A DNA stretch of 64,000 nt from Candidatus Hermodarchaeota archaeon (GCA_048885925.1 JBHLLG010000001.1:99105-163104); one strand, 5' to 3'. Shown: positions 29,373 to 39,819, numbered from the stretch's first letter. The notes: generated from the letters alone by a model not told the origin. Made by a program: numbers and translations.

Positions 29373-30650
29373 ATGAGTTTACAAGGATGTTTATCAAGTC
29401 GAAAAGATTGTTCAGGAGAAGGTAAAATATTATCATTTTCAGAAATCTTGGATATTTGTAGATCAACCAACCAAGCAGCGCCATCAAAATCTTTATTTGT
29501 TGTATTGCCAGATGCGGAGGATTATTCGGGAGGGATATATTTGTATAAGGATGAAGAGTTAAAATTAATTACAGATAAAGAGAAAACCCAATATTCGTTA
29601 GAGCTTTATCCAGAATTGATTAGGAAAGAATCAATTGAATTAAATGAATTAGTGGATGTGGGCCTTATTTGGCAATATCTTTCATTAAAAACAGAAAGTA
29701 AGGGACTTGGAGTATCTCAACGAGCGAGAGTTCCGAAAAAATATAATAAACTCATTAATAATACACTTAATCAAATTCATGCTCTATTATATTCAGTGGC
29801 GGTTCGTGAGAGGGATAGGGGAACTTTAGTAGAAGATACTTTAGAACCTCTCCAAAAAGAAAAAGAGGAAGGTATTATTTTACTAGAAACACCAACATGT
29901 TACAAAAATCGCGCAATCTATAAGAATGAATATGAAGGTATTCCATTAGAGTCCGTTATCTTTAACAAAATAGAAAAAAAGAACCCAAATTTTACGAATT
30001 TGCATGAGATCTCTCAGTTATTATGGGCTTGCCAAGGTGAAAATGATCATGCTACTCATGGAAACAGAGATGATTTGGAGAAAAATGGGTATGGTAGGGT
30101 CCACGCTTCTGGATGCGCAGGGTACGCTGTTTATCCAATAGTTATTGTAGATGATCTTGCTAATCTGCAAAAAGGATCATATATATATAACCCTGTGGGA
30201 TATTCCGCATTAAATCGATGGATTAAGGTGAATAATAAGATTACTTATGACCATTTTCTTAAATATTATGCATCAGACAATCATAAAGATGAAATTGAAA
30301 AAGATTTTAACATTAATTTCTCAAATTATGCTATTCTATTATGCATTGACAGAAAGAAACCATGTGCTGGATTTATGCACAAAATCATTAATTTACAATA
30401 TTGGGCTGAAATTGAAGCAGGAATGTCATTAGCAGGTTTACAATTACAGGCAAACGCTTTAGGCTTAAAATGGCAAAAATGTATATTATTAAATCCTGAT
30501 GATTCGAAATATCGAAAACTATTCAATCTGGATTCTGCTGAAGAATCAATAAATAAATTAGCATCTAATCTCGTAAATCGCGCAAAAAATGAGAGAATAT
30601 CCCTTAAAGGGAATTTAGTTCCAGCAATTTTGTTTTTCCTACAAACCTAA
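29373..30650 (+). CDS. Divergent SagB/nitroreductase-like flavoprotein, apparently two-domain
   Basis: ISQLLWACQG, RVHASGCAGYAVYP, EIEAGMSLAGLQLQANALGL; degenerate N-terminal copy (VDVGLIWQYLSLKTESKGLG). Confidence 0.65.
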   Translation: MSLQGCLSSRKDCSGEGKILSFSEILDICRSTNQAAPSKSLFVVLPDAEDYSGGIYLYKDEELKLITDKEKTQYSLELYPELIRKESIELNELVDVGLIWQYLSLKTESKGLGVSQRARVPKKYNKLINNTLNQIHALLYSVAVRERDRGTLVEDTLEPLQKEKEEGIILLETPTCYKNRAIYKNEYEGIPLESVIFNKIEKKNPNFTNLHEISQLLWACQGENDHATHGNRDDLEKNGYGRVHASGCAGYAVYPIVIVDDLANLQKGSYIYNPVGYSALNRWIKVNNKITYDHFLKYYASDNHKDEIEKDFNINFSNYAILLCIDRKKPCAGFMHKIINLQYWAEIEAGMSLAGLQLQANALGLKWQKCILLNPDDSKYRKLFNLDSAEESINKLASNLVNRAKNERISLKGNLVPAILFFLQT

Positions 30651-30760
30651 TTTTGCTATTTATCAAAAAAAAATAATCGAAATAATATATGTTAATTTCA
30701 TAAATGATTTAACCTTAAATCATTATTCATATAGGAAAATAAAATTAAAATAAAAAAAAA

Positions 30761-31201
30761 TTACATAATTAATACTTGGGCTTCTCCATCTGTTACAATT
30801 TCATTTTTCTGGTTTAGTACTTTAGTTTCTACATCTAAAAATTGTAAAGTTCCACTTTTACCTTCTTTTGTATATTTCTTGGTTACTGTTGCTACTGCGG
30901 TTAAAGTATCTCCAATAAATACTGGTTTTTTAAAGACTACCTTTTGAGAAGCATAAAGCGCTCCCGGACCAAATAAGTGAACACCAAGTACTGCTGAAAT
31001 TAATGCTGAACTAAATGCTCCATGAACTACCCGCTTACCGAACATTTGAGTTTTTGCGAATTCTTCATTTACATGAAGAGGATTAAAATCTCCACTAATG
31101 CCTGCAAATAAGGTTACATCTGCTTCAGTAATAGTTTTACTACAAGAAGCAGAAGTTCCTTCTTCATAATCGTCAAATTTAACGATTCCTGTTTTTGACA
31201 T
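30761..31201 (-). CDS. (R)-specific enoyl-CoA hydratase, MaoC/PhaJ family
   Basis: FAGISGDFNPLHVNEEFA, RVVHG, FKKPVFIGD. Confidence 0.9.
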   Translation of the reverse strand: MSKTGIVKFDDYEEGTSASCSKTITEADVTLFAGISGDFNPLHVNEEFAKTQMFGKRVVHGAFSSALISAVLGVHLFGPGALYASQKVVFKKPVFIGDTLTAVATVTKKYTKEGKSGTLQFLDVETKVLNQKNEIVTDGEAQVLIM

Positions 31202-31300
31202 AAATTAAACTAATGAAAAGATAGATAAAAATATTGACTAATTAGACTTAATAAAAATCTATATTTGCTAATATCATAAATGATTATAAGGTGAGATTAT

Positions 31301-31387
31301 ATGGTACTTTCTCTTGAAGGTTGGATTAATGGGATTTTATCATGGATGATACAAAAAAGAAGAAGGACCTATGCTCGAAACATTTGA
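31301..31387 (+). pseudogene. 28-codon ORF with strong SD; probable gene remnant or micropeptide
   Basis: AAGGTGA SD then MVLSLEGWINGILSWMIQKRRRTYARNI*. Confidence 0.3.
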
Positions 31388-31432
31388 AAAAGATAAAAAT
31401 GCATAATTTAATAGGGAAAAAGTTTTTGATTT

Positions 31433-31813
31433 TTACTTTTTGTTTTGAAACGCTGAATAGGCTAAACTAAGCCATCCTAAAACAAATGCTATGCCTCCAA
31501 ATGGTGAAAATATTTCAAACCATTGTAAACCAGTTAAAACAATTAAATATAAACTCCCACTAAAGAGTAATATTCCTGCTAAAAAAAGCCAACCTGCTAA
31601 ATCTAAAGCTTTTCCTAGATTTTGAGAAGATAAAAGAGCCACAAATATTAACGCAAATGAATGATACACCTGGTATCGTACAGCTTTATTAAATGTTATG
31701 AACCGTGCTTCACTTATTATATCTTGTAGTAAATGAGAACCAGCTGCACCAGCAGATACTCCTATTGCGGCAAGAATAGCCCCCAATATTAACCAATAAT
31801 TTCTTTCAGTCAT
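31433..31813 (-). CDS. DUF423 (YgdD/TMEM256) membrane protein
   Basis: GAAGSH, AVRYQVYHS, GILLFSGSLY, PFGG..F.LGW. Confidence 0.88.
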   Translation of the reverse strand: MTERNYWLILGAILAAIGVSAGAAGSHLLQDIISEARFITFNKAVRYQVYHSFALIFVALLSSQNLGKALDLAGWLFLAGILLFSGSLYLIVLTGLQWFEIFSPFGGIAFVLGWLSLAYSAFQNKK

Positions 31814-32072
31814 TTTCTTTATAAGATTTTTATTAGTTTTGTTTGATTATTTCTTTTTTGATTTTGGAATTAATTAATTTTATTCCTATATTTTAAAATC
31901 ATATACATTCAGAAGGATTAATAACTAATTTTGAATGAACAAAGAGTTGGAGGAGATTTTAATAAATATCTTTTATATTTAGATTTAAAATAATACCATA
32001 AACCTAAAACCTTAATACTTAGCTCATGATCTACTAGTATTAATAAAATTTAAAGAATTATATGAATTTCCA

Positions 32073-33338
32073 ATGTCTTCTGAATTTGAAAAAAAACTTG
32101 AAAAATATGCTGAAGTAATTTTGAACGTTGGACTTAATCTACAAAAAGGACAGCGTCTATTGATTGGTGCAAGTAATCCCAGTAATCGGGGAACTCCTCT
32201 CGAATTGGCCTCATTTGTGAGAGTCATTGTTAGGAAGGCATATCAAATGGGAGCTAGATTTGTTGAAGTATTATGGGATGATCCACAATTGCGTTTAATT
32301 CGATTCATGCATGCTCCTCGTGATTCTTTTGAAGAATTAGCTACATGGCGAAGAGAAGCACAACTGGAGTTTGCCGAAAATGAGGATGCAGTTCTCGCAA
32401 TTGGTGGCCAGGATCCTGAGTTGTTCGTTAACCAAGATTCTGAACTTATCGTGACTGAAGGAAAGTCAGTTTCAAAACATTTTAAACCTGTTATGGATCT
32501 ACTAGTAAAAAATGCCTTCAATTGGACAGCAATTGTAGCGCCGGTCGATGGTTGGACAGAAAAAGTGTTCCCTGATCTTTCCCTAGATGATCAAACAACC
32601 AACTTCTGGGAGATTATCTTTGAAGTGTGTCGGATCAATTATGACGATCCAGTTTCAGCATGGCAAGAACATATATCTCAACTAGTCGCTAGGTGCGAAT
32701 ACTTAAATCTAAAAAAATATAAATCATTGAAATTGGAAGCTCCTGGGACAGATATTACAATTGGACTTCCTAAAGGCCATATATGGGGGAGTGCTCTATT
32801 TGAAACTCCAAGTGGCATTGGTTTTGTAGGAAACATCCCAACTGAGGAAGTATTTACTCTACCTCATAGAGATAAAACTGAGGGTGTGGTAAAAGCAACA
32901 AAACCTCTATATTATAGAGAGAGTGTAATTGAGGATTTTACTCTTACTTTTTCGAAGGGAAAAGTTATAAAAGCAACTGCTTCTAAGGGACAGGAATTTT
33001 TAGAAGGATTAATAAAATTTGACGAAGGTGCAAGTCGAATAGGTGAAATAGCACTTATTCCGAACAGTTCACCGATTTCGCAATCAGGTTTGCTTTTTTA
33101 CAATTCTCTCTTAGATGAAAATGCTTCATGTCATATAGCTTTAGGAAGAGCCTATCAATTCAGTTTACAGAATGGTGAAAAGATGTCTGATGAGGAATTT
33201 ATAGCTGCGGGAGGTAATGTAAGTCTTATCCATATGGATTTTATGATCGGTTCAGAAGAAATGGATATAGATGGAATTACTGAAGATGGTACAGCTGAAC
33301 CAATTATACGAGATGGGGAATGGGCTTTTGAGGTATAG
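32073..33338 (+). CDS. Thermophilic metalloaminopeptidase, M29 (AmpT/PepS)
   Basis: NIPTEEVFT, RIGEIAL, LLDENASCHIALG, SLIHMDFMIG. Confidence 0.92.
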   Translation: MSSEFEKKLEKYAEVILNVGLNLQKGQRLLIGASNPSNRGTPLELASFVRVIVRKAYQMGARFVEVLWDDPQLRLIRFMHAPRDSFEELATWRREAQLEFAENEDAVLAIGGQDPELFVNQDSELIVTEGKSVSKHFKPVMDLLVKNAFNWTAIVAPVDGWTEKVFPDLSLDDQTTNFWEIIFEVCRINYDDPVSAWQEHISQLVARCEYLNLKKYKSLKLEAPGTDITIGLPKGHIWGSALFETPSGIGFVGNIPTEEVFTLPHRDKTEGVVKATKPLYYRESVIEDFTLTFSKGKVIKATASKGQEFLEGLIKFDEGASRIGEIALIPNSSPISQSGLLFYNSLLDENASCHIALGRAYQFSLQNGEKMSDEEFIAAGGNVSLIHMDFMIGSEEMDIDGITEDGTAEPIIRDGEWAFEV

Positions 33339-33344
33339 TTTAAA

Positions 33345-33626
33345 TTAAATTAATTCTTCTAAATCCATTTCATTATGTTTATTCTTTGTTCGCTTGATAT
33401 AGATTGTTCGTAAATTATCAAATTCCGCTTTAAAACATGTTTGACATTCCTCTTGCTCATCAGGAGTAGCAGGTTCAATACGTACTTCATATCCAATTGA
33501 TTTATACAATTCTACATATTCATTAACCCTATGTTCTTCAATTGTAAATCCTTTTTCCCAGTCTTTTCCTCTGAGTGGAACATTTAGATTTCTATCATCT
33601 TTACTTTTTTCTTTATCTGAAACCAA
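33345..33626 (-). CDS. Small CxxC hypothetical protein divergent from the bzd operon
   Basis: RVNEYVELYKSIGYEVRIEP...ECQTCF...RTIYI; GGGAG SD, TTG start. Confidence 0.7.
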   Translation of the reverse strand: MVSDKEKSKDDRNLNVPLRGKDWEKGFTIEEHRVNEYVELYKSIGYEVRIEPATPDEQEECQTCFKAEFDNLRTIYIKRTKNKHNEMDLEELI

Positions 33627-33732
33627 AATTATTGTCTCCCATTTATTATTTTCTTTCTCGAATCTACATTAGATATAATTATAATGTTCAGTTTAAATCT
33701 TACTCTTTTTTGTAATCCTTCTGATTTATGCT

Positions 33733-33758
33733 TTTAGTGGCATTTTATTCCCACTAAA
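33733..33758. promoter_or_regulatory. Inverted-repeat operator upstream of benzoyl-CoA operon
   Basis: TTTAGTGG-N10-CCACTAAA perfect 8-bp IR, about 17 nt upstream of a TTTTATAT box; 18/20 identical to a site at 51357-51376. Confidence 0.6.
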
Positions 33759-33848
33759 CCTTTTCTATTAACAAATTTTATATTATTGTGGAAAATTATC
33801 TTAAAATAATAATAAAAATAAAAGAAATCAAAAACATTAAGTTTTGAA

Positions 33849-34817
33849 GTGTTAGTAATGACTTATACAAAAGAACCAAATTTTACTCCTAAGGACCCAA
33901 AAGATTTTGAATTTAAAGAAATAATTTATGAAAAGAAAGATTGGAAAGCTACTGTTACTATTAATCGTCCGGAAGTTTATAATGCGTATTCAACCCTAAC
34001 ATTAATGGAAATGATTGAAGCTTTTCACGATGCTGCCTGGGATAATAAAGTTGCTGTAATTATCTTAACAGGAGCAGGTGATAAAGCTTTTTGTACTGGT
34101 GGAGATGTAAAAGAATATAGAGAAAGATTTACCGTACAACCTGCTGAGTATTGGAAATGGATGAGCATTTTTCAAGAAGCTCATGATGTTTTTCGAAATA
34201 TTGGTAAACCTACTATTGCAAGAATTAACGGTATTGTTGCAGGTGGAGGGAATGAATGGCAAATGGCTTGCGATTTAGCTATAGCTGCAGATCATGCTAC
34301 TATTAGGCAGGTAGGGACAAGAGTAGGATCTGTAGCTTGTGGAGGAGCAACTCAGTGGTTGCCTATTATTGTAGGGGATCGCAGAGCAAGGGAAATTTTA
34401 TATCTCTGTGAACCTATCTCAGCGCAAAAAGCGTTAGAATGGGGCTTAGTAAATGAAGTCGTACCGTATGCTGAAATCGATGGGGCTATAGATAAAATGT
34501 CTCAGAAACTTATTGATAAGTTTCCAGAATGTATGAGGTATACGAAACAACAAGTTAATTTTTGGAAAGATCTCGTTTGGCATCAAACTATTGGTCATGC
34601 TAAAGACTGGTTATCAATTCATTATGCTTCATGGGAACCACTTGAAGGAATGACAGCATTTGTAGAAAAACGTCCTCCAAACTATAGAGGCGTACGAAAA
34701 AGTTCTCACCCTGAGTTCTTATGGGGACCTCCTTCAGTTACATGTCCTTCATGTCAAGCAAAGAGTTTACCTTCTGATTTCGAGTTTTGTGGTAAATGTG
34801 GAGCAAAACTAAAATAA
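33849..34817 (+). CDS. oah: 6-oxocyclohex-1-ene-1-carbonyl-CoA hydrolase-like ring-opening crotonase (BzdY/Oah) with C-terminal zinc ribbon
   Basis: AFCTGGDVKEY, RINGIVAGGGNE, GGATQWLP, LCEPISA; C-terminal CPSC...CGKC; first gene of the dch-had-bzd operon; ATG 33858 likely start. Confidence 0.8.
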   Translation: MLVMTYTKEPNFTPKDPKDFEFKEIIYEKKDWKATVTINRPEVYNAYSTLTLMEMIEAFHDAAWDNKVAVIILTGAGDKAFCTGGDVKEYRERFTVQPAEYWKWMSIFQEAHDVFRNIGKPTIARINGIVAGGGNEWQMACDLAIAADHATIRQVGTRVGSVACGGATQWLPIIVGDRRAREILYLCEPISAQKALEWGLVNEVVPYAEIDGAIDKMSQKLIDKFPECMRYTKQQVNFWKDLVWHQTIGHAKDWLSIHYASWEPLEGMTAFVEKRPPNYRGVRKSSHPEFLWGPPSVTCPSCQAKSLPSDFEFCGKCGAKLK

Positions 34818-34894
34818 AAATGAAAATTTTTTTTATTAGAAAAAAGAATTAAAATATCTTAAAAGAAAATAATAGCCATATTGAGTGAAAGGAT

Positions 34895-35662
34895 TTGACG
34901 AACGATTTAATTATCGTTGAAAAAGCCGATAATATAGGAAAAATAATATTCAATAATGGTCCGTTGAATATCTTAACAATAAGTATGATGGAGCAAATTA
35001 ATAAAGCTCTTGATGAATTTCTTGAAGATGAATCTTTAAAAGTAGTTATTTTCGATCATAATGGAAAAGCTTTTTCCGCAGGAGTTGACGTTGGCGATCA
35101 TATAGGTGATAAAGCTCCAAAAATGATTAAGGAATTCCATGGGATTTTTAGAAAGCTTAACAAATTAAAATGCCCAACAATTGCATGCGTTAAAGGAGCT
35201 GCATTAGGAGGAGGATGCGAAATTGCTATATTTTGTGATATTGTACTCACCTCAGATAAAGCTAAATTTGGACAACCTGAAATTAAAGTGGGAGTATTCC
35301 CACCAATAGCAGTCTTAGCTTTTCCCCAAATCATAGGAAATAAGAAAGCATTTGAACTAATTATGTTAGGTGAAATTATTGATGCTAATGAGGCTCATAG
35401 ACTTGGAATTTCTAATTATATGTTCCCTGTTGATTCATATGAACAAGAATTTTCCAAATTTATTGAATCTTTTAATAATTTAAGTACGTTAGTTTTACAA
35501 TATACAAAGAAAGCGTTCAACAAAGCTTTAGGAATTGATTTTGAAACTAAATTGAATGAAATTGAAGAATTTTATCTTAAAGAATTAATGTCTACACATG
35601 ATGCAAATGAAGGTTTACAAGCATTCTTAGAGAAAAGATCACCCAAATGGCAGAATCGTTAA
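34895..35662 (+). CDS. dch: Cyclohexa-1,5-diene-1-carbonyl-CoA hydratase (BzdW/Dch)
   Basis: PLNIL, AFSAGVDVGDH, ALGGGCE, GQPEIKVGVFPP, YLKELMSTHDANEG; operon context. Confidence 0.85.
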   Translation: MTNDLIIVEKADNIGKIIFNNGPLNILTISMMEQINKALDEFLEDESLKVVIFDHNGKAFSAGVDVGDHIGDKAPKMIKEFHGIFRKLNKLKCPTIACVKGAALGGGCEIAIFCDIVLTSDKAKFGQPEIKVGVFPPIAVLAFPQIIGNKKAFELIMLGEIIDANEAHRLGISNYMFPVDSYEQEFSKFIESFNNLSTLVLQYTKKAFNKALGIDFETKLNEIEEFYLKELMSTHDANEGLQAFLEKRSPKWQNR

Positions 35663-35730
35663 TTTTCTTAAATTTAATAAGAATTAGGTTTAAATTGAAA
35701 TAATAATAAAACAAATTGTAGGAAAGAAAG

Positions 35731-36777
35731 ATGAAAGCAGCCATTTTTGAACAAGTTAAGGAACCTTTAAAAGTAGATAGCAATTATCCTGACCCTAGTA
35801 TTTCAGGTGAGGAAGGTCATGCAATAATAGAAATCGAAGCATGTGGAGTCTGTCATACTGATTTTGGTTATTTAGAACATGGAGTACCTACATTTAAACA
35901 ACCACCTCTAATACTAGGTCATGAAATATCAGGACGTGTTAAAGAGGTAAATGAGGATGTTAAACATTTCAAAGTAGGAGATCATGTTATTATTCCTGCT
36001 GTTTTATCCTGTGGATACTGTGTTAATTGTAGAACAGGTAGAGAGAATATTTGCCTCAATCAGATAATGCTTGGAAATCATATTGATGGAGGATTTGCTG
36101 AACAAATTAAGGTTCCTATAAAAGATGTGGTTCATCTTCCAACTGAAATGTCATTAGAAGAAAGTTGTATAATTTCAGATGCAGTTTCAACACCATACCA
36201 TGCTGTGAAAAATCGAGGTCAAGTAAGACCTGGTGATTGGGCGGTGGTTATAGGTTGTGGTGGAATTGGTTTAAATGTGGTCCAAAATATTAAAGTAGCA
36301 GGAGGTCTAGCCATAGCTGTTGATATTGTCCCAAAAAAGTTAGAGGTAGCTAAACAAATTGGCGCTTCGGAAACTATTTTAGCAAAAGGTATGGATGAAA
36401 AAGAAATTGTTGGAGCTATTAGAAAAATAACAGGAGGAGGAGCAGATATAGCATTTGAAGCTATCGGACATCCCGAGACAATGAAACAAGCATTTAATAG
36501 TTTGCGAACTGGAGGTCGTCTAGTTGCTGTAGGATATTCAGCTAAACGTTGGGATGGATTCGATATTGGTCGTGTAATGTTTCGAGAGATGGAAATAATG
36601 GGAAGTCTTGGTTGCCGTCCTGTTGATTATCCACATATTATTAATTTAGTAAGGAATGGTTCACTTCAGCTTAAACCACTAATTACTCATAAATTCCCAT
36701 TGTCGGAAATTAATGAAGCCTTTGACGTCATGCGTCGTGGAGAAGGAATTAGAATAATTATACAATGTCAAAAGTAG
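35731..36777 (+). CDS. had: 6-hydroxycyclohex-1-ene-1-carbonyl-CoA dehydrogenase (BzdX/Had), Zn-ADH family
   Basis: CGVCHTDFGY..GV.T..PPLILGHEISG, PAVLSCGYC, DAVSTPY, GSLGC; operon context. Confidence 0.88.
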   Translation: MKAAIFEQVKEPLKVDSNYPDPSISGEEGHAIIEIEACGVCHTDFGYLEHGVPTFKQPPLILGHEISGRVKEVNEDVKHFKVGDHVIIPAVLSCGYCVNCRTGRENICLNQIMLGNHIDGGFAEQIKVPIKDVVHLPTEMSLEESCIISDAVSTPYHAVKNRGQVRPGDWAVVIGCGGIGLNVVQNIKVAGGLAIAVDIVPKKLEVAKQIGASETILAKGMDEKEIVGAIRKITGGGADIAFEAIGHPETMKQAFNSLRTGGRLVAVGYSAKRWDGFDIGRVMFREMEIMGSLGCRPVDYPHIINLVRNGSLQLKPLITHKFPLSEINEAFDVMRRGEGIRIIIQCQK

Positions 36778-36844
36778 AGGTTTAATAAAATTTTTAATTC
36801 ATTTTTTACTTTCAAAATTAGAATGAATCAAGGGGATATAAAGA

Positions 36845-37969
36845 TTGTTTGAACAATTTAAAGATTGGTATGAAAATCGTCATGATTACGCGAAAAAATG
36901 GAAAGAACGGACTGGTGGAAAAATAATAGGATATTTTTGTACCTATGTTCCTGAAGAAATTCTCTATGCTGCGGATATCTTACCAGTAAGGATATTGGGA
37001 AGTCATGAGCCACAAGATGTCTCTGAACCACATATCTTTGCGATGTTCTGTCCATTTTGTCGTGATTGTTTAGCACAAGGCTTGAAAGGGCGATATGATT
37101 ATCTAGATGGAATTATGATAGCTCAAAGTTGTCTCCATATTAGACAAGCTTTTACGAGTTGGGATCTCCACATTCCTGTGGATTACAAATATTATTTACC
37201 ACACCCAATGAATGTTCAAAGTTCTCATGCTGTTCCTTATTTAACCGAAGAGTTAAAATTATTCAGGAAATCAGTCGAAGAGTGGGCTGGAAAACAAATT
37301 TCAGATGAAGATGTTAAGCGCGGAATTGAAATCATGAATAAAAATAGACGACTTTTACAAAAAGTATATGAATTAAGGAAAAATCCCAATCCGCCATTAA
37401 CCGGTCTTGAAGCAATGCATATGGTGGTATCTTCGCAGATGATTGATAAACAAGAACATAGTAAAGCCTTAGAGGAACTTCTCCAAAAACTCCCTTCAAG
37501 AAGCTTAGATGAGCCAGGTGAGCGATTAATGATATTGGGATCTGAAGACGATGATACTGAATTTGTGGCAATGGTTGAAGATTTAGGGGCAAGATTCGTA
37601 ATTGATGATCATTGTACTGGTACACGATATTTTAATACTTTAGTAAATACAAATGGAGATCCATTAGGTTCAATAGCAGAAAGATACGTAAAACGTACAC
37701 CATGTCCAAGTAAGGATTGGCCTCAACGCACAAGACTTGAAAGCATTATTCAATTAGCTAAAGAATATGATGTACAAGGAGCAATTATAATGCAAATGAA
37801 ATTTTGTGACCCACATGAGTTAGATACAGTCATCATAAAAGAAACTTTAGAGAAAGAACTAAATATTCAGACATTATTTCTTGAATTTGATGTTACCGTC
37901 CCAATTGGTCAATTTAAAACGCGGGTAGAAGCGTTTCTTGAAATAATAAGAGAAGAGGATCTATTTTAA
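36845..37969 (+). CDS. bzdN: Benzoyl-CoA reductase, Bzd-type, subunit N
   Basis: MFEQFKDWYENRHDYA, CTYVPEE, MFCPFCRDCLAQGL, DDHCTGTRY, KFCDPHE, GQFKTRVEAF. Confidence 0.93.
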   Translation: MFEQFKDWYENRHDYAKKWKERTGGKIIGYFCTYVPEEILYAADILPVRILGSHEPQDVSEPHIFAMFCPFCRDCLAQGLKGRYDYLDGIMIAQSCLHIRQAFTSWDLHIPVDYKYYLPHPMNVQSSHAVPYLTEELKLFRKSVEEWAGKQISDEDVKRGIEIMNKNRRLLQKVYELRKNPNPPLTGLEAMHMVVSSQMIDKQEHSKALEELLQKLPSRSLDEPGERLMILGSEDDDTEFVAMVEDLGARFVIDDHCTGTRYFNTLVNTNGDPLGSIAERYVKRTPCPSKDWPQRTRLESIIQLAKEYDVQGAIIMQMKFCDPHELDTVIIKETLEKELNIQTLFLEFDVTVPIGQFKTRVEAFLEIIREEDLF

Positions 37970-37987
37970 AAAAAAAGAGGATTTAAA

Positions 37988-39301
37988 ATGATGGAAACAA
38001 AATATCCAACCGAACAATTGATGTGTTGGAATAAGGCTAAAGTTCTCAGAGAGAATTATTATAAAGATTTTGCTGAAGCCCATGATAAAGGAGGGTTACG
38101 ATGGGCAGGAGGAGCATGGTCTTTTGATGCTATTCCTGCTGGTTTAGGAGATGATGTATATTCCCTAACTGGAGAACCTTATGGTGCAACAGTAGCCTTT
38201 AATGATAAATTTGCTTTGGAGTGTCATGAAGCAACTGAAGCAAGAGGATTCGCACGAGATCTATGTTCTTATATGCGAAATTATTGGGGCTCTATTCTTA
38301 TTAATAAATACGCATGGCCACAATTTTCCGAAGAATTCCCAAAACCAGACTTTATATGGCAAGATCATATCTGTTGTTCACATGCTAAGTGGTATCAAGT
38401 GGCAAGCGATCTTGAAGGAGGAATTCCTATGTTTGATATCGATGTATCAGTCGGACCATATGAAGAAATAACAGAACATAAAGTTAATTATATTGTTGGA
38501 CAAATGCATGATGGTATTAAATGGCTAGAAAAGATTACAGGAAGAGATTATGATGATGAGTTATTAATTAAAGCAGTTAAGAACGAATTTCGTACATGTC
38601 ATTATTGGGCAGCAATTTGCGAGCTTAATAAAGCAATACCCGCTCCGTTAGATGAAAAATCAATGTATTCATTATATGTTCTTGGAACTCTAAGAAAATC
38701 TGCTCAATGGACGGCAGATTTTTATGAAAAGGAGTTGTATCCAGAAGTAAAAGATCGTGTAGCAAGAGGTATAGCGGCTGTTGGAAATGAGCGGTGTCGA
38801 ATTATGACAGATACTCAACCTCCATGGGCATTTTTAAGAATATTCCGTTACTTAGAGCAATATGGATGCGTTTCAATTGGAAGTCTCTATACATTCGGTT
38901 TGATTGGTTTATGGGAAATCAAAGAAGATGGAACTTGGGGTCCTAGATCTATTCCTGATTTTGAAATTACTAATAGAGATGAAGCTTTACGAGCTCTGGC
39001 TGAATGGAATTTAAGTAAACCGGAATGGCAACATTTTTATCATCCAAAACTTAAATCTGATATGATGATTAGAATCGCAAAGGAATGGAAGTTAGATGGC
39101 GTCTTTTTGCATTTTAATAGAGGATGTGAAGGTTTAAGCCTTGGAATTGCAGAGAATCGTTTGGCTATACAAAAAGCAGGGATTCCAACAATGCCATTTG
39201 AAGGAAACATGGGAGATGAGAGAGAATTTGATCTTGAGAGAACAATGAAGCGAGTAGATGCCTTCATGGAGTCATTAGGAATAGAAAAAATGAAAATTTA
39301 A
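37988..39301 (+). CDS. bzdO: Benzoyl-CoA reductase, Bzd-type, subunit O
   Basis: [58 protein letters not shown]. Confidence 0.93.
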   Translation: MMETKYPTEQLMCWNKAKVLRENYYKDFAEAHDKGGLRWAGGAWSFDAIPAGLGDDVYSLTGEPYGATVAFNDKFALECHEATEARGFARDLCSYMRNYWGSILINKYAWPQFSEEFPKPDFIWQDHICCSHAKWYQVASDLEGGIPMFDIDVSVGPYEEITEHKVNYIVGQMHDGIKWLEKITGRDYDDELLIKAVKNEFRTCHYWAAICELNKAIPAPLDEKSMYSLYVLGTLRKSAQWTADFYEKELYPEVKDRVARGIAAVGNERCRIMTDTQPPWAFLRIFRYLEQYGCVSIGSLYTFGLIGLWEIKEDGTWGPRSIPDFEITNRDEALRALAEWNLSKPEWQHFYHPKLKSDMMIRIAKEWKLDGVFLHFNRGCEGLSLGIAENRLAIQKAGIPTMPFEGNMGDEREFDLERTMKRVDAFMESLGIEKMKI

Positions 39302-39309
39302 AAAGAGCG

Positions 39310-39819
39310 TTGGAAATTAATCTCATGAAACGATATATAACCATAATTATCAGCCTTTTTACAATACTGGTGGTTTTTTTCGCGCCTTTTGGTATCATGA
39401 TAGATTTAGGTCCCGGGCCAAATAGTATTGTTTCAATGATATGGGAAGTTCCTCTTAGACCAGCATGGTATTCGATTCGGTTTTTCAGCGCATTTCTGTA
39501 TTATTTTGAATATATTTTTTTTAGACTTATCTTTGTAGTATATGTTATTCTATTAATGATTGGGAAATTTAATAAAAAGCGGTTTATATTGATTGGTTTG
39601 ATAAGTGAGCTTATTCCTTTAGTAATGGCAATAGTTTCAACATTTATCCTTAATGAACATGGAGATAACTTGCATCCAATCATATATCCAATCCCATTTT
39701 TAATGATATTTGATCTAATTATAGTTTATTTAACAAGCAGATTAGGTCTTATTAAAGTAAATAATGAAATTTATAAAAATAAAAATTTAAAAGAAAATAT
39801 GGAAAGTGGTTCAATGTGA
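39310..39819 (+). CDS. Hypothetical multi-TM membrane protein inside the reductase operon
   Basis: About 4 hydrophobic segments; stop overlaps the bzdP GTG start; ATG 39325 alternative start. Confidence 0.65.
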   Translation: MEINLMKRYITIIISLFTILVVFFAPFGIMIDLGPGPNSIVSMIWEVPLRPAWYSIRFFSAFLYYFEYIFFRLIFVVYVILLMIGKFNKKRFILIGLISELIPLVMAIVSTFILNEHGDNLHPIIYPIPFLMIFDLIIVYLTSRLGLIKVNNEIYKNKNLKENMESGSM

